A DNA stretch of 52,541 nt from a virus. Below, one piece after another: positions 33,843 to 42,400 of the stretch. The DNA is taken from the IMG/VR virus record IMGVR_UViG_3300029258_002096, positions 1 to 52,541 of that record. One strand, 5' to 3'. A program made the position numbers and the translations under genes. Every line of letters begins with the position of its first letter. Position 1 is the stretch's first letter. The notes under the pieces were generated by a model. It was not told the origin of the DNA. It searched no databases and worked only from the letters and a program-made list of their open reading frames with translations.

Positions 33843-35402
33843 GTGAAAAAACGATATTTACTTTTAGCGTTTATTCCATCTCTGCTTTTCGGGCAAACGA
33901 AATGGATTAGAAATTATGGCAGTTTGCCTTACGCTTGGACAAGCCAGACTTACGAAGAAGCTGTGCCGAGTGATGCTTTTACGTTGGTTGATTCGGCATC
34001 CATTAAATTCAGGCTTGCGGACAACGGAGCTTGGGAAGTAATCATTTTAGATGAAGATGGAAATACACACGCGATTGTAGATTCTATAGGTAATGTCGGT
34101 ATTGGGACTGATAGTCCAAACAATTTATTACATTTAGAAAAAGACCAAAATGCCGCTACTGTTTTAGAGATACAAAATAATGATTCTGGGTCAAGCGCTT
34201 ATGCTGGTATAGTTTTGGATTCTGATGGTGGAAATAACTCTATTATTTATCAGCCGAGTTCTGGTTATTCTGACTCTAATACTCAGGATAAACTTGTTTT
34301 GCAGGATTCAGATGGAATATTTATAAATACACCTTTTCCTGAATTTTATTCGTCTTCTGCAGCCAGGCCGTTAATATATTTTACTAATAATAATGATGAT
34401 AATAATTCAGCTTTATTTTATTTCCGTAAACTTTCAGATTCACCGGCAGACGGTGATTATCTTGGTCAATGGCGTTTTTATGGAAATGATTCTGGCTTGA
34501 ATGAGGACGATTTTGTTCAGATAGGGTTTAAAGCTTCTGATGTTACTAATGGGGATGAGGCTGGTCAAGAAACTCACTACATTGCTCATAATGGCACAGC
34601 ACGGAATTATTTTGAAATGAATGGTTATAATGGTTCTGTAAATCAAGGATATATTGTATTTAACGAAGATAGTTATGATGTAGATTTCAGGGTTGAGTCA
34701 GACAATGATGCCAATGCGTTATTTGTCCGAGGGAGTGATGGTAACGTCGGCATCGGGACAAACGCACCCGACAAAATACTTGAAATCAATGGAGCAAGCG
34801 GTGGGAATATACGCCTTACTTACAATGACGGTGATGGCAGTGCTACAAATTATGCGGACATTCAGGTCGGGAGCGATGGCGAGGTGTCTCTTACAACGGT
34901 TGATTCCGATGGAGCCGACGGAGATTTTACCCTATCCCTTGATGGTGATTTCAACGTAAATTCTCCGGTAACATCCGATGAAGAATTTACGTGGAATGTT
35001 GGAGCTTACGATTTTGTCACGGGGGGAACGTATATTGCAGCCGAGGCAGCCGTTCATCCAACCAATGCAAATGATCCTATCTATGCACCGCTCAATATTC
35101 CGTTTAATCAATTCAGCGGAACAGTTGTAATTGACCAAATCACTGTTTATTACAACACCGACGGAAACGGAGATGACTTTGATTTAGCCCTTGTCCGTAC
35201 CGATCAAGACGGAACGATTACAACTGACGAAGACGAAGACGATATTGGAAATGGAACTTCGGGAGCGCAAAACTCGACCTGCCTTGCTGCGGATTTAACA
35301 TTAACCGACTTTGCGTATTATATCGAAATAGATGTGAACAATACCGATACGAATACAGACGTAAAAATCTATCAGATAAAATTTGAAGCGCATTTGGAAT
35401 AA
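33843..35402 (+). CDS. tail fibre-like protein with GNVGIGT repeats and N-terminal signal peptide
   Basis: AAGGAGG RBS, GTG 33843; MKKRYLLLAFIPSLLFG; GNVGIGT at 34089 and 34740. Confidence 0.7.
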   Translation: MKKRYLLLAFIPSLLFGQTKWIRNYGSLPYAWTSQTYEEAVPSDAFTLVDSASIKFRLADNGAWEVIILDEDGNTHAIVDSIGNVGIGTDSPNNLLHLEKDQNAATVLEIQNNDSGSSAYAGIVLDSDGGNNSIIYQPSSGYSDSNTQDKLVLQDSDGIFINTPFPEFYSSSAARPLIYFTNNNDDNNSALFYFRKLSDSPADGDYLGQWRFYGNDSGLNEDDFVQIGFKASDVTNGDEAGQETHYIAHNGTARNYFEMNGYNGSVNQGYIVFNEDSYDVDFRVESDNDANALFVRGSDGNVGIGTNAPDKILEINGASGGNIRLTYNDGDGSATNYADIQVGSDGEVSLTTVDSDGADGDFTLSLDGDFNVNSPVTSDEEFTWNVGAYDFVTGGTYIAAEAAVHPTNANDPIYAPLNIPFNQFSGTVVIDQITVYYNTDGNGDDFDLALVRTDQDGTITTDEDEDDIGNGTSGAQNSTCLAADLTLTDFAYYIEIDVNNTDTNTDVKIYQIKFEAHLE

Positions 35403-35443
35403 ATCGCGCCAGAAGCGAAAATACCGCTAAAATCAATTGGAGG

Positions 35444-35665
35444 ATGATTGTGGAAATAAAAGAAATATGGCCTGCGCTTGGTGCTCCTATTGTTGGTTTA
35501 ATAATGGGGATTTATCACAAATATATAATACACCCCCTATGTCAAAGAATTGATATTGTTGAAAAAGAAACTGTAAAACAAGGCGAAATGTTAGCTCGTA
35601 TAGACGAACGGACAGAATGGATTAAAAACATTCTTGATAAAAAATATAATGGCAAAAAAAGATAA
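35444..35665 (+). CDS. putative holin
   Basis: one TM segment plus coiled coil (LARIDERTEWIK), upstream of lysin. Confidence 0.55.
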   Translation: MIVEIKEIWPALGAPIVGLIMGIYHKYIIHPLCQRIDIVEKETVKQGEMLARIDERTEWIKNILDKKYNGKKR

Positions 35666-35816
35666 AATAATTCGCATCCTTGCCAACGACCCCGATTTTG
35701 GCAATAACGATATTCGGGAAGAGATCGAAACCGTCCTTGAATATCATGGCTATTTCTTTAGAGCGGAAAAACGCAATGGCGATGAATGGGAAATGATATT
35801 TGTAAAAGGTGATTAA
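35634..35816 (+). CDS. hypothetical protein
   Basis: ORF track; true start may be a few codons downstream. Confidence 0.5.
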   Translation: MIKNIMAKKDKIIRILANDPDFGNNDIREEIETVLEYHGYFFRAEKRNGDEWEMIFVKGD

Positions 35817-36211
35817 TGATACTTAAAAGAATAGCTCAAAACAAACATGGAACTTTTGGAGTATTAATTGATAATAATATTCCCTTTGCCGTTACCCTTG
35901 AATTGCCGTGGAAAAATAATAAGCCGTTTGTTTCCTGTATCCCTGCCGGACATTATACCTGCCGACGGACTATCCGCTCAAATGGAATGCACACTTATAA
36001 GGTGATGAATGTTTTAAACAGAACATCTATATTATTTCATTGCGCAAATACGATAGACGATCTTCTGGGTTGTATCGGAATAGCAGAAGAATATGGAGAA
36101 TTAAACGGTAAACCCGCAGTCTTGTCAAGTGGGCGCGGATTTAAAGAATTTATGGAAAAATTAAATGGAATAGATAAATTTAAACTTGATATAATTGATT
36201 GCATTTTATAG
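35816..36211 (+). CDS. DUF5675-family putative endolysin
   Basis: GTFGVL...TLELPWKNN...SCIPAGHY...ILFHCAN...GCI. Confidence 0.8.
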   Translation: MILKRIAQNKHGTFGVLIDNNIPFAVTLELPWKNNKPFVSCIPAGHYTCRRTIRSNGMHTYKVMNVLNRTSILFHCANTIDDLLGCIGIAEEYGELNGKPAVLSSGRGFKEFMEKLNGIDKFKLDIIDCIL

Positions 36212-36232
36212 GTCACATGACCTATTTTTCGC

Positions 36233-36261
36233 TTGACTTTTAAAACATCTTTTTGTATATT
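36233..36261 (+). promoter_or_regulatory. sigma70-type promoter
   Basis: TTGACT-17 nt-TATATT. Confidence 0.7.
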
Positions 36262-36293
36262 CCAAACATGCAGGGAGAGGGAAGAAAACACAA

Positions 36294-36342
36294 GGCCAGA
36301 ATCGGTGAGTCGTTAAGCGTCTCGGCAGATTCTGGTTTTTTT
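36294..36342 (+). terminator. long hairpin terminator
   Basis: GGCCAGAATC 36294-36303/GATTCTGGTT 36328-36337 plus T-run. Confidence 0.65.
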
Positions 36343-36519
36343 GTTTTGGGGGAATAATGAAATTTTCCCACTATATTTTTTGCCTGACTCTGGGCCTACC
36401 CGTGACATTACTTGTTTTATGGCTTGGTTTCTTTTTTTATCTCTGGCTTATCTGGCCTCCGTGGAGACGGGTAGAGAAAGCAACGTGGAGGGATTACTGG
36501 CCTTTAGAGGGGGAGTAAC

Positions 36520-37056
36520 GTGAACAAGTCGAGTAAATTGTTAGCCTGCCCCGATGATTTGGTGAATGAACATTGGGATTATATAGAGAAAGTATTAGAG
36601 AATTATGCAGGCAAACCAATGTATTTACACATGATTGAATTTCATTATAAAACCGCCTTTAAACATGGTTGGAAACATGCCATACAAGAAAAGGCAGGCT
36701 TACGTGCCACAAGAGAGGAAGGTGACGTGACAGTAGACGAATTAACGGATTATGCATATAAAGATTTAGACGAGTATGAAAAAATTGTCGGATTTGAAAC
36801 AAATGAATCTTTCAGAATTGGTTGGACGATGGCACGGATAACAAATAAACAATTGAAGATACCAACGGACACAGAAAGGCTCGACTGGCTGGAAGAACAG
36901 TATGGGCTTCACAGGGAAGTCGAAATTACCTATGTAGTCGATGGGTACGAGATTGAATTCACCCATGACGGTAACCCGACGGACGGTAAGCGATACCACG
37001 GGAGGACGCTTCACGAGGCGATAGACGCGGCGAAAAGGGGGCAGCTGGATAAATGA
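36520..37056 (+). CDS. mosaic hypothetical protein containing a cassette-derived first module
   Basis: GTTAGCCTGCC 36540-36550 vs GGCAGGCTTAC 36693-36703 (10/11); C-terminal TDTERLDWLE module. Confidence 0.65.
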   Translation: MNKSSKLLACPDDLVNEHWDYIEKVLENYAGKPMYLHMIEFHYKTAFKHGWKHAIQEKAGLRATREEGDVTVDELTDYAYKDLDEYEKIVGFETNESFRIGWTMARITNKQLKIPTDTERLDWLEEQYGLHREVEITYVVDGYEIEFTHDGNPTDGKRYHGRTLHEAIDAAKRGQLDK

Positions 37057-37229
37057 AATTATATAAAGTACCCAATCACAGGGCGAGTAAGATTCAGGTG
37101 GTGGAATCATCGTCGCCCCCATCCGTTTGTTCTGTGTGCTGTGGTACGCCCGTCGTGGTGCGAGGACACACGACACATTGGTATGAGTGCCAGAAGTGCG
37201 GTAAGGCATGTGACACACAGAACGGTTAA
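37053..37229 (+). CDS. zinc-ribbon protein fused across an attC right arm (58 aa, not in ORF track)
   Basis: Manual translation MKLYKVPNHRASKIQVVESSSPPSVCSVCCG...CQKCGKACDTQNG; ATGA overlap. Confidence 0.6.
   Translation: MKLYKVPNHRASKIQVVESSSPPSVCSVCCGTPVVVRGHTTHWYECQKCGKACDTQNG
37129..37223 (+). mobile_element. 95-bp mini-cassette
   Basis: GTTCTGTGTG 37129-37138 is the exact reverse complement of CACACAGAAC 37214-37223; upstream GCCCCCATCCGTTT resembles the arm at 49871-49885. Confidence 0.65.
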
Positions 37230-37374
37230 TAATAAAAGGAGTAAACTTGAAAATGAACCGTAACAAAATATTCTATATTTACCTTTGTGCATTTGTTATT
37301 ATAAGTTTCATCATACTAATCCTACAAGGAAAAGTTCCTAACTGGTAAAATAAAAAAAGGGGGGGGCACTAAAC

Positions 37375-37728
37375 ATGAAAAGAGTATATGTGGCAGGGTC
37401 TTATTCTTCTAACAACGTTATACAGATTTTAGATAATATCCGTGAGGGAGTCCGGTTAAGCACAGAAGTTTTACTTGCTGGCTATGCTCCGTTTTCGCCC
37501 TGGCTTGATTATCATTTTCAGTTGATGCTTAGGCCTGGCGAAAAACTAACGATTGACGATTATTACAAATATTCTCTTGCGTGGCTGATAAAAGCCGATG
37601 CCATTCTCATTGTTCCCAACAGCGATAATTCGGTCGGTACGCAAAACGAAATTGAAATTGCACATGAATACAATATTCCGGTTTTCCATAGTCTTGAAAA
37701 ACTCAACGAATATTTCCATAGGACGTGA
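37375..37728 (+). CDS. nucleoside 2-deoxyribosyltransferase-like (DUF4406/DUF1937-type) protein
   Basis: VYVAGSYS...GYAPFSP...DAI...SVGTQNEIEIA...IPVF. Confidence 0.7.
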   Translation: MKRVYVAGSYSSNNVIQILDNIREGVRLSTEVLLAGYAPFSPWLDYHFQLMLRPGEKLTIDDYYKYSLAWLIKADAILIVPNSDNSVGTQNEIEIAHEYNIPVFHSLEKLNEYFHRT

Positions 37729-37731
37729 TAG

Positions 37732-38583
37732 ATGAAGCGTACCAATAAAATAAATAATATAGTTGTTATATCAGATATACATGCGGGTTGTCAGTTAGGG
37801 CTTTGTCCTCCAGGGGCGATCAAATTAGATAACAGTGGTCATTATCATGCTTCTAAATTTCAAAGGGCCTCGTGGAAGGCGTGGATGGAATGGTGGGAAG
37901 AATCAGTACCGATGTTAACAAGGGAGGAGGATTATATAATAGTTGTTAATGGCGATATGGTTGAGGGTAGACACCACCAAGCAACAACAACTATCAGTAA
38001 TAATCTTTCGATCCACTCAAAAATAGCAAGAAAGATCATGGAGCCTATTCTATTAAAAAAGAAATGTAAGGGATATTATCATATAAGAGGAACCGAAGCA
38101 CATGTCGGATTGTCGGCAGAAAATGAAGAAAAACTTGCCGAAAATTTAGAGGCAATGCAAGACGAAGAAACCAGGAATTATTCACGGTGGGAAATGTGGA
38201 CAAGACTCGATAAAGCACTTATACATTTTACTCATCATGTTGGCACAACGTCAAGTAGCAGTTACGAATCAACTGCCGTATTCAAAGAATTAGTTGAAGC
38301 ATATAATGAGGCGGGGCGGTGGAAAGATGAACCGCCGGACGTCGTTGTAAGAAGCCATCGGCACAGAGCAATATATATCGGGCTGCCAGCTGGAAAGGGA
38401 ATGGGTCTATCCTGCGTAACTCCAGGCTGGCAGTTAAAGACTCCCTTTGTTTATAAGCAAGCACTTGGCAAGGCATCGACTCCTCATGTCGGGGGTTGCG
38501 TAATCCGCACGGGAGACGAGGATGAAGTGTATGTCCGCTATCGAACATGGAAAATGAAAAGACCCAAAGAGGTTGTATTGTGA
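37732..38583 (+). CDS. calcineurin-like metallophosphoesterase
   Basis: SDIH, NGDMVEG, GTEAH, HH and SHRH motifs. Confidence 0.85.
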   Translation: MKRTNKINNIVVISDIHAGCQLGLCPPGAIKLDNSGHYHASKFQRASWKAWMEWWEESVPMLTREEDYIIVVNGDMVEGRHHQATTTISNNLSIHSKIARKIMEPILLKKKCKGYYHIRGTEAHVGLSAENEEKLAENLEAMQDEETRNYSRWEMWTRLDKALIHFTHHVGTTSSSSYESTAVFKELVEAYNEAGRWKDEPPDVVVRSHRHRAIYIGLPAGKGMGLSCVTPGWQLKTPFVYKQALGKASTPHVGGCVIRTGDEDEVYVRYRTWKMKRPKEVVL

Positions 38584-38813
38584 AAGAATTAGCTATTTCC
38601 GAAGCCGAATGGCAAGCAGAGATAGATCGCTTGCGTTGCCAGAAAAATAAAAGAATATGGACAAAAGAACAAGAAAAAATTTTGTTATATGCAAGAGACA
38701 AAGAAAACCCGGTGTCTTGGGACAACTTAATAGAATATTGGAAAAAGAGGGGTTGGGGAGGCATTGCACAAAACACATTGAAAAATAAATACGAGGAATT
38801 ACACAAAAAATGA
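38580..38813 (+). CDS. small Myb/SANT-like helix-turn-helix protein
   Basis: WTKEQEKILL...W..L...W...TLKNKY; GTGA overlap start. Confidence 0.5.
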   Translation: MKELAISEAEWQAEIDRLRCQKNKRIWTKEQEKILLYARDKENPVSWDNLIEYWKKRGWGGIAQNTLKNKYEELHKK

Positions 38814-39016
38814 AGTTAATATTATCACCAAAGGATAACATCAATAAAATCGAATTACAGGGAGTGAAAACCTACTGCCAAGGCCAAGAAGGAAATACTG
38901 TTCTTGTGATATTCGAGGATGGACGTGCAAGGAATTACCCCATGTGCCATTTGTGGTATTGGGAAGGTCAAGTGCCGGCAAGCGAGGGACGGTCAAAGCC
39001 CCCCAAACAGGGGTGA
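38810..39016 (+). CDS. hypothetical protein
   Basis: ATGA overlap. Confidence 0.55.
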   Translation: MKLILSPKDNINKIELQGVKTYCQGQEGNTVLVIFEDGRARNYPMCHLWYWEGQVPASEGRSKPPKQG

Positions 39017-39063
39017 AATATTACATCAGCATTTTATAATGTGTTACATCTTGAGGTAACAAA

Positions 39064-39459
39064 ATGACCCCTCAAAATGAAATAAAACGACATGGTAAAT
39101 GGCAAGGTGAACCACCGTTTGTCGAGGAAGTAGAGACGACCGATTTACCGAAGCAGGAGGGGGTCGGATTTTTTGCAAAGCTATGGATGAAACTCAATTA
39201 TAAAAAGGCATATATCGGTTTAGGATTAATGGCAAGCGGAAAACTTTTACAGGGAATAGGACTATTGGGTTTACCCTTCCTCGTCCCTATTGGAGAAGGT
39301 GTTTTTTATACGGGAAGCGCAGTTTTGGGGGGTGGGGTTTTACACAAAGTTTTTAAAGCTGAGAAAGAAGTCAAGGGAAAAACAGATGGAAATCCGTGGT
39401 GGGAGAGGTTGTTGTTTTTGTTAATTGAAACTTTAAAACAATTCAAGAAAGCGAGGTGA
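39064..39459 (+). CDS. membrane protein
   Basis: Gly-rich hydrophobic segments; GAGGT RBS. Confidence 0.6.
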   Translation: MTPQNEIKRHGKWQGEPPFVEEVETTDLPKQEGVGFFAKLWMKLNYKKAYIGLGLMASGKLLQGIGLLGLPFLVPIGEGVFYTGSAVLGGGVLHKVFKAEKEVKGKTDGNPWWERLLFLLIETLKQFKKAR

Positions 39460-39806
39460 AGAAAATGGGTATCGAAAACATCAAAGAAATTGTCAAGTTC
39501 GTAGGAGAGTTCGTCAAAGCAATGGTGAAAACCCTTGAAGACGAACATTTCAGCTTTACCGATCTTCCGTATTTCGCAACGGCAGGAAAAGCCCTTTCCG
39601 CGGCAATCAAGGGAATCGGTGATGTATCAGCCGAATTTGGGGATATGGATGAAACCGAACGTGCCGAGATTATTGCCTTTGTCAAAGATGAATTTGATCT
39701 CCCGGACGATGAGGTTGAAGAATTTATCGAGAAGGTATTTCGGGCCGGAATCTATATCGCAGATGCCTTTACATACGGCTTGGAAGTTTTCGGCAAAGAA
39801 AAATAA
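39456..39806 (+). CDS. acidic helical hypothetical protein
   Basis: GTGA overlap; followed by terminator. Confidence 0.6.
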   Translation: MKKMGIENIKEIVKFVGEFVKAMVKTLEDEHFSFTDLPYFATAGKALSAAIKGIGDVSAEFGDMDETERAEIIAFVKDEFDLPDDEVEEFIEKVFRAGIYIADAFTYGLEVFGKEK

Positions 39807-39831
39807 TCTTTCCATCCCTCCCCCCCCGCAG

Positions 39832-39863
39832 GGCCAGTCTTTCGAGGCTGGCCTTGTTGTTTT
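39832..39863 (+). terminator. intrinsic terminator
   Basis: GGCCAGTC-TTTCGA-GGCTGGCC followed by a T-rich tail. Confidence 0.65.
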
Positions 39864-40149
39864 AGATCGTTTTGTTGATGTTAACAAAACGATGAAAACC
39901 GCAAAAAGTGTATCATCCGTGAAATCTGTTCAAAATGATACAACTGACCTTACTATAATGAATATATATACTTATCAAATATTATACATTTTTAATTGTG
40001 TATCAAGTTGAGACAATTTTGATATATACATAAAAAGTGTTATTCGTAAGTATATAAAAAACAACAGCAAAATTGTTTTGGTACGGTATTTGTAATAGAT
40101 ATAAATGAACGCATAAGAGATAAACAAACCCCAAAAGTTGGAGGAAAAA

Positions 40150-40536
40150 ATGGAAACCGTGACAAGTAACGACCCAAATGTCAGACTCACGATTAAAACG
40201 AACATCCAATTTAAAACCCTCGACGAAACCAAGCTCGACACAATCAAGCCTGTTGAACTGGCAAATGCTTTCCGGGCACTTGCCAATGGTATTATCGGTA
40301 GTTCTATGTATCTTTCGTCTGTCGGCGGCAAACCATGTGGCGTACCGACTCAGACACCGACTACATTGGCCTCCGCAAATATTGGCGACGGTCTGGTTGG
40401 CATCACACGGTTGGAACCCGGCCAATACCAGCTTACCATCAAGCGCGTCGTGGAGGCAGAATGTTACCATAATGGCAGTATCTCGCGCAGCCACAAGGCC
40501 GTCCACACGGATGACGGATGGCAGAAAGTGGGGTGA
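40150..40536 (+). CDS. hypothetical protein
   Basis: GGAGG RBS; ATG 40150. Confidence 0.6.
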   Translation: METVTSNDPNVRLTIKTNIQFKTLDETKLDTIKPVELANAFRALANGIIGSSMYLSSVGGKPCGVPTQTPTTLASANIGDGLVGITRLEPGQYQLTIKRVVEAECYHNGSISRSHKAVHTDDGWQKVG

Positions 40537-40628
40537 ACTATACAAGAGGGTTCTGGAGGAAATCAAAACTTGGCCTCCAGAGAGATTCACTCCCGAAGGT
40601 TGGCAGTATCACGACTGGAGAAAATGAC

Positions 40629-41030
40629 ATGCGACTCTGGCACGAAGATATAATCGATAAGCTACCAGACCGTAAAACGTCTGGCGATCCCAAGAAAAGC
40701 CAGTTGAATGGCCTGCATCGAGAATGCTGTGGAATGCGTGGAAAGGGCTGGGGCAAGAAAGGCGGAGTCGTCGGGTATGTCTGGAAATATCCCTACGCAT
40801 ATCTTTATTTGTATCATAAAAAAGTTATGCATGAATTGTTATGTCGGGGTTATAATATAGATAGACGTTGGCTTGATTCCTTTTATCGAGGGAAAAAACT
40901 GGGTTATGATTATTCACTCGAAATATCTGGACACTTAAAGTTTGACAGAACGCCTATTTTCCCAGAACACGACGAAGCCTATTTGCAAGAATGTATAGAC
41001 AACCTTAGAAAGAAAGGAGTAGAATTATGA
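40629..41030 (+). CDS. TIGR02328-like protein (pyrimidine-dimer glycosylase/DenV-related superfamily)
   Basis: MRLWH...[15 protein letters not shown]...YH..VM.E...RGY...W....YRGK...PEHD..YL.EC..NL..KG. Confidence 0.85.
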   Translation: MRLWHEDIIDKLPDRKTSGDPKKSQLNGLHRECCGMRGKGWGKKGGVVGYVWKYPYAYLYLYHKKVMHELLCRGYNIDRRWLDSFYRGKKLGYDYSLEISGHLKFDRTPIFPEHDEAYLQECIDNLRKKGVEL

Positions 41031-41623
41031 AAAAGCAGATTGAACTAAGGAATCGCTTTACTAACGAAATTATAGTAGCTGGTAAATATGCGGATATCAG
41101 GTGGGCTGTTGAGGAAAACAGGGCTGATCTCATGGGAGCCAACCTCCGGGGAGCCAACCTCCAGGAAGCCAACCTCCGGGGAGCCAACCTCCAGGGAGCC
41201 AACCTCCAGGGAGCCAACCTCCAGGGAGCCGACCTCCGGGGAGCCAACCTCCAGGGAGCCGACCTCCGGGGAGCCAACCTCCAGGGAGCCAACCTCTGGG
41301 GAGCCGACCTCCGGGGAGCCAACCTCTGGGGAGCCAACCTCCGGGGAGCCAACCTCCAGGGAGCCAACCTCCGGGAAGCCGACCTCCAGGGAGCCGACCT
41401 CCGGGGAGCCGATCTTGATTTTTCTTGCTGGCCCCTATGGTGTGGGTCGTTCGGTGTTATTGTTGACATAGACAAAATTTATCAACTTGCCTTACATATA
41501 TGCAAGTGTAGGGTTGAGGGAAGTAAAGAAGATAAAGAGGAGTTTGCCAAGATCAAAGATTTCCTCCGCCCTTATGCGAACAAGTTTCATCGAATTGGAC
41601 AAGATGTTAAAGGTGTAGAATGA
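41027..41623 (+). CDS. pentapeptide repeat protein
   Basis: about 20 A[N/D]L[R/Q/W][G/E] repeats followed by [10 protein letters not shown]. Confidence 0.95.
   Translation: MKKQIELRNRFTNEIIVAGKYADIRWAVEENRADLMGANLRGANLQEANLRGANLQGANLQGANLQGADLRGANLQGADLRGANLQGANLWGADLRGANLWGANLRGANLQGANLREADLQGADLRGADLDFSCWPLWCGSFGVIVDIDKIYQLALHICKCRVEGSKEDKEEFAKIKDFLRPYANKFHRIGQDVKGVE
41136..41415 (+). repeat. 15-bp tandem repeat (GGAGCC[A/G]ACCTC[C/T][A/G]G)
   Basis: DNA-level repeat underlying the pentapeptides. Confidence 0.9.
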
Positions 41624-41826
41624 ACTTCGAAAATGATAAATTCTGGGAATCCGCGACAATCGTTTCCCAGAGATGGATCGAGGAAAGGCTTACGGATTTA
41701 AGCTATACCAAGAATGGGATTTATTATTCTTGGAGCTTAGTCAACGGACGGTGGGAATTGCAGGAGGAGAGGGAAATTCAGGGGCGAGAACCCTCCTCAT
41801 CCCCTAAACGGCACGGCGGCGAGTGA
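41620..41826 (+). CDS. hypothetical protein
   Basis: ATGA overlap. Confidence 0.5.
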   Translation: MNFENDKFWESATIVSQRWIEERLTDLSYTKNGIYYSWSLVNGRWELQEEREIQGREPSSSPKRHGGE

Positions 41827-41912
41827 GAGCGACGGCTTGTCGCCGTGCTAACCTCTAAAAGGAAATAATAATGGGTTGGTGTTGATGTAATTTTATATAC
41901 GGAGGTGCACTA

Positions 41913-42236
41913 ATGGCGAATTGGAAATTTAGATTAGACTTGAAAGATGTGTGGGAAAAATTGGATAGCGAAGAAATCCCCATATCAGAAGGCGGTCTAA
42001 TTATCGAAGCGAAAATTAATGATTTAATTTCTAAAATTAATCCCAATAACAACGAAGAAATCGAAGAAGAATTTGCCCTTGATGAATTGTTTGACATTGC
42101 TACCAATATGGCCTCTGTCGTAGACGTGGAGGATTTTGATTGTCAAATGGGGCGACTTTATGATTGGGGAGACACAAAATTGTCAAATAGAAAGTGGCCG
42201 GAAGATAGAATGTGTTGGATAGCGACTTCCTTTTAA
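41913..42236 (+). CDS. acidic hypothetical protein
   Basis: GGAGGT RBS; DVEDFD..M..LYDWGD...CWI. Confidence 0.7.
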   Translation: MANWKFRLDLKDVWEKLDSEEIPISEGGLIIEAKINDLISKINPNNNEEIEEEFALDELFDIATNMASVVDVEDFDCQMGRLYDWGDTKLSNRKWPEDRMCWIATSF

Positions 42237-42253
42237 CGTAAATGAAAAAACAC

Positions 42254-42282
42254 TTGACTTTTTGAATTGACTTTGTTATATT
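42254..42282 (+). promoter_or_regulatory. sigma70-type promoter (extended -10)
   Basis: TTGACT-17 nt-TATATT with TGn; same hexamers as the 36233 promoter. Confidence 0.75.
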
Positions 42283-42400
42283 CAATTAACCCAACGAAGG
42301 GGGTTTAATGATCCAGAAAGTAAAAATAGGAAGCGACTTTTCGGGCGTCCCGTGCCTTGACCCCCTTCATGTTTTCCATGCGGGGCGTCCGAATATTTTT

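Noticed and set aside
36766-37266. 166-aa minus-strand ORF and other minus-strand ORFs in the track
   Set aside because: They overlap better-supported plus-strand genes that have RBSs and coupled starts, and show no recognisable motifs
41136-41415. Diversity-generating retroelement (A-to-G differences between repeat units)
   Set aside because: No reverse transcriptase and no separate template/variable repeat pair; variation includes C-to-T and G-to-A and fits tandem-repeat evolution
41005-41475. Repetitive alternative-frame ORFs (RLAPRR on the minus strand; EPTSGEPTS at 41088-41471)
   Set aside because: Shadows of the 15-bp pentapeptide repeat
41829-41843. AGAGCGAC-GGCTT-GTCGC hairpin as a third Com-type site
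   Set aside because: Loop differs from the consensus of the 11284/11311 pair and no zinc-ribbon gene is adjacent
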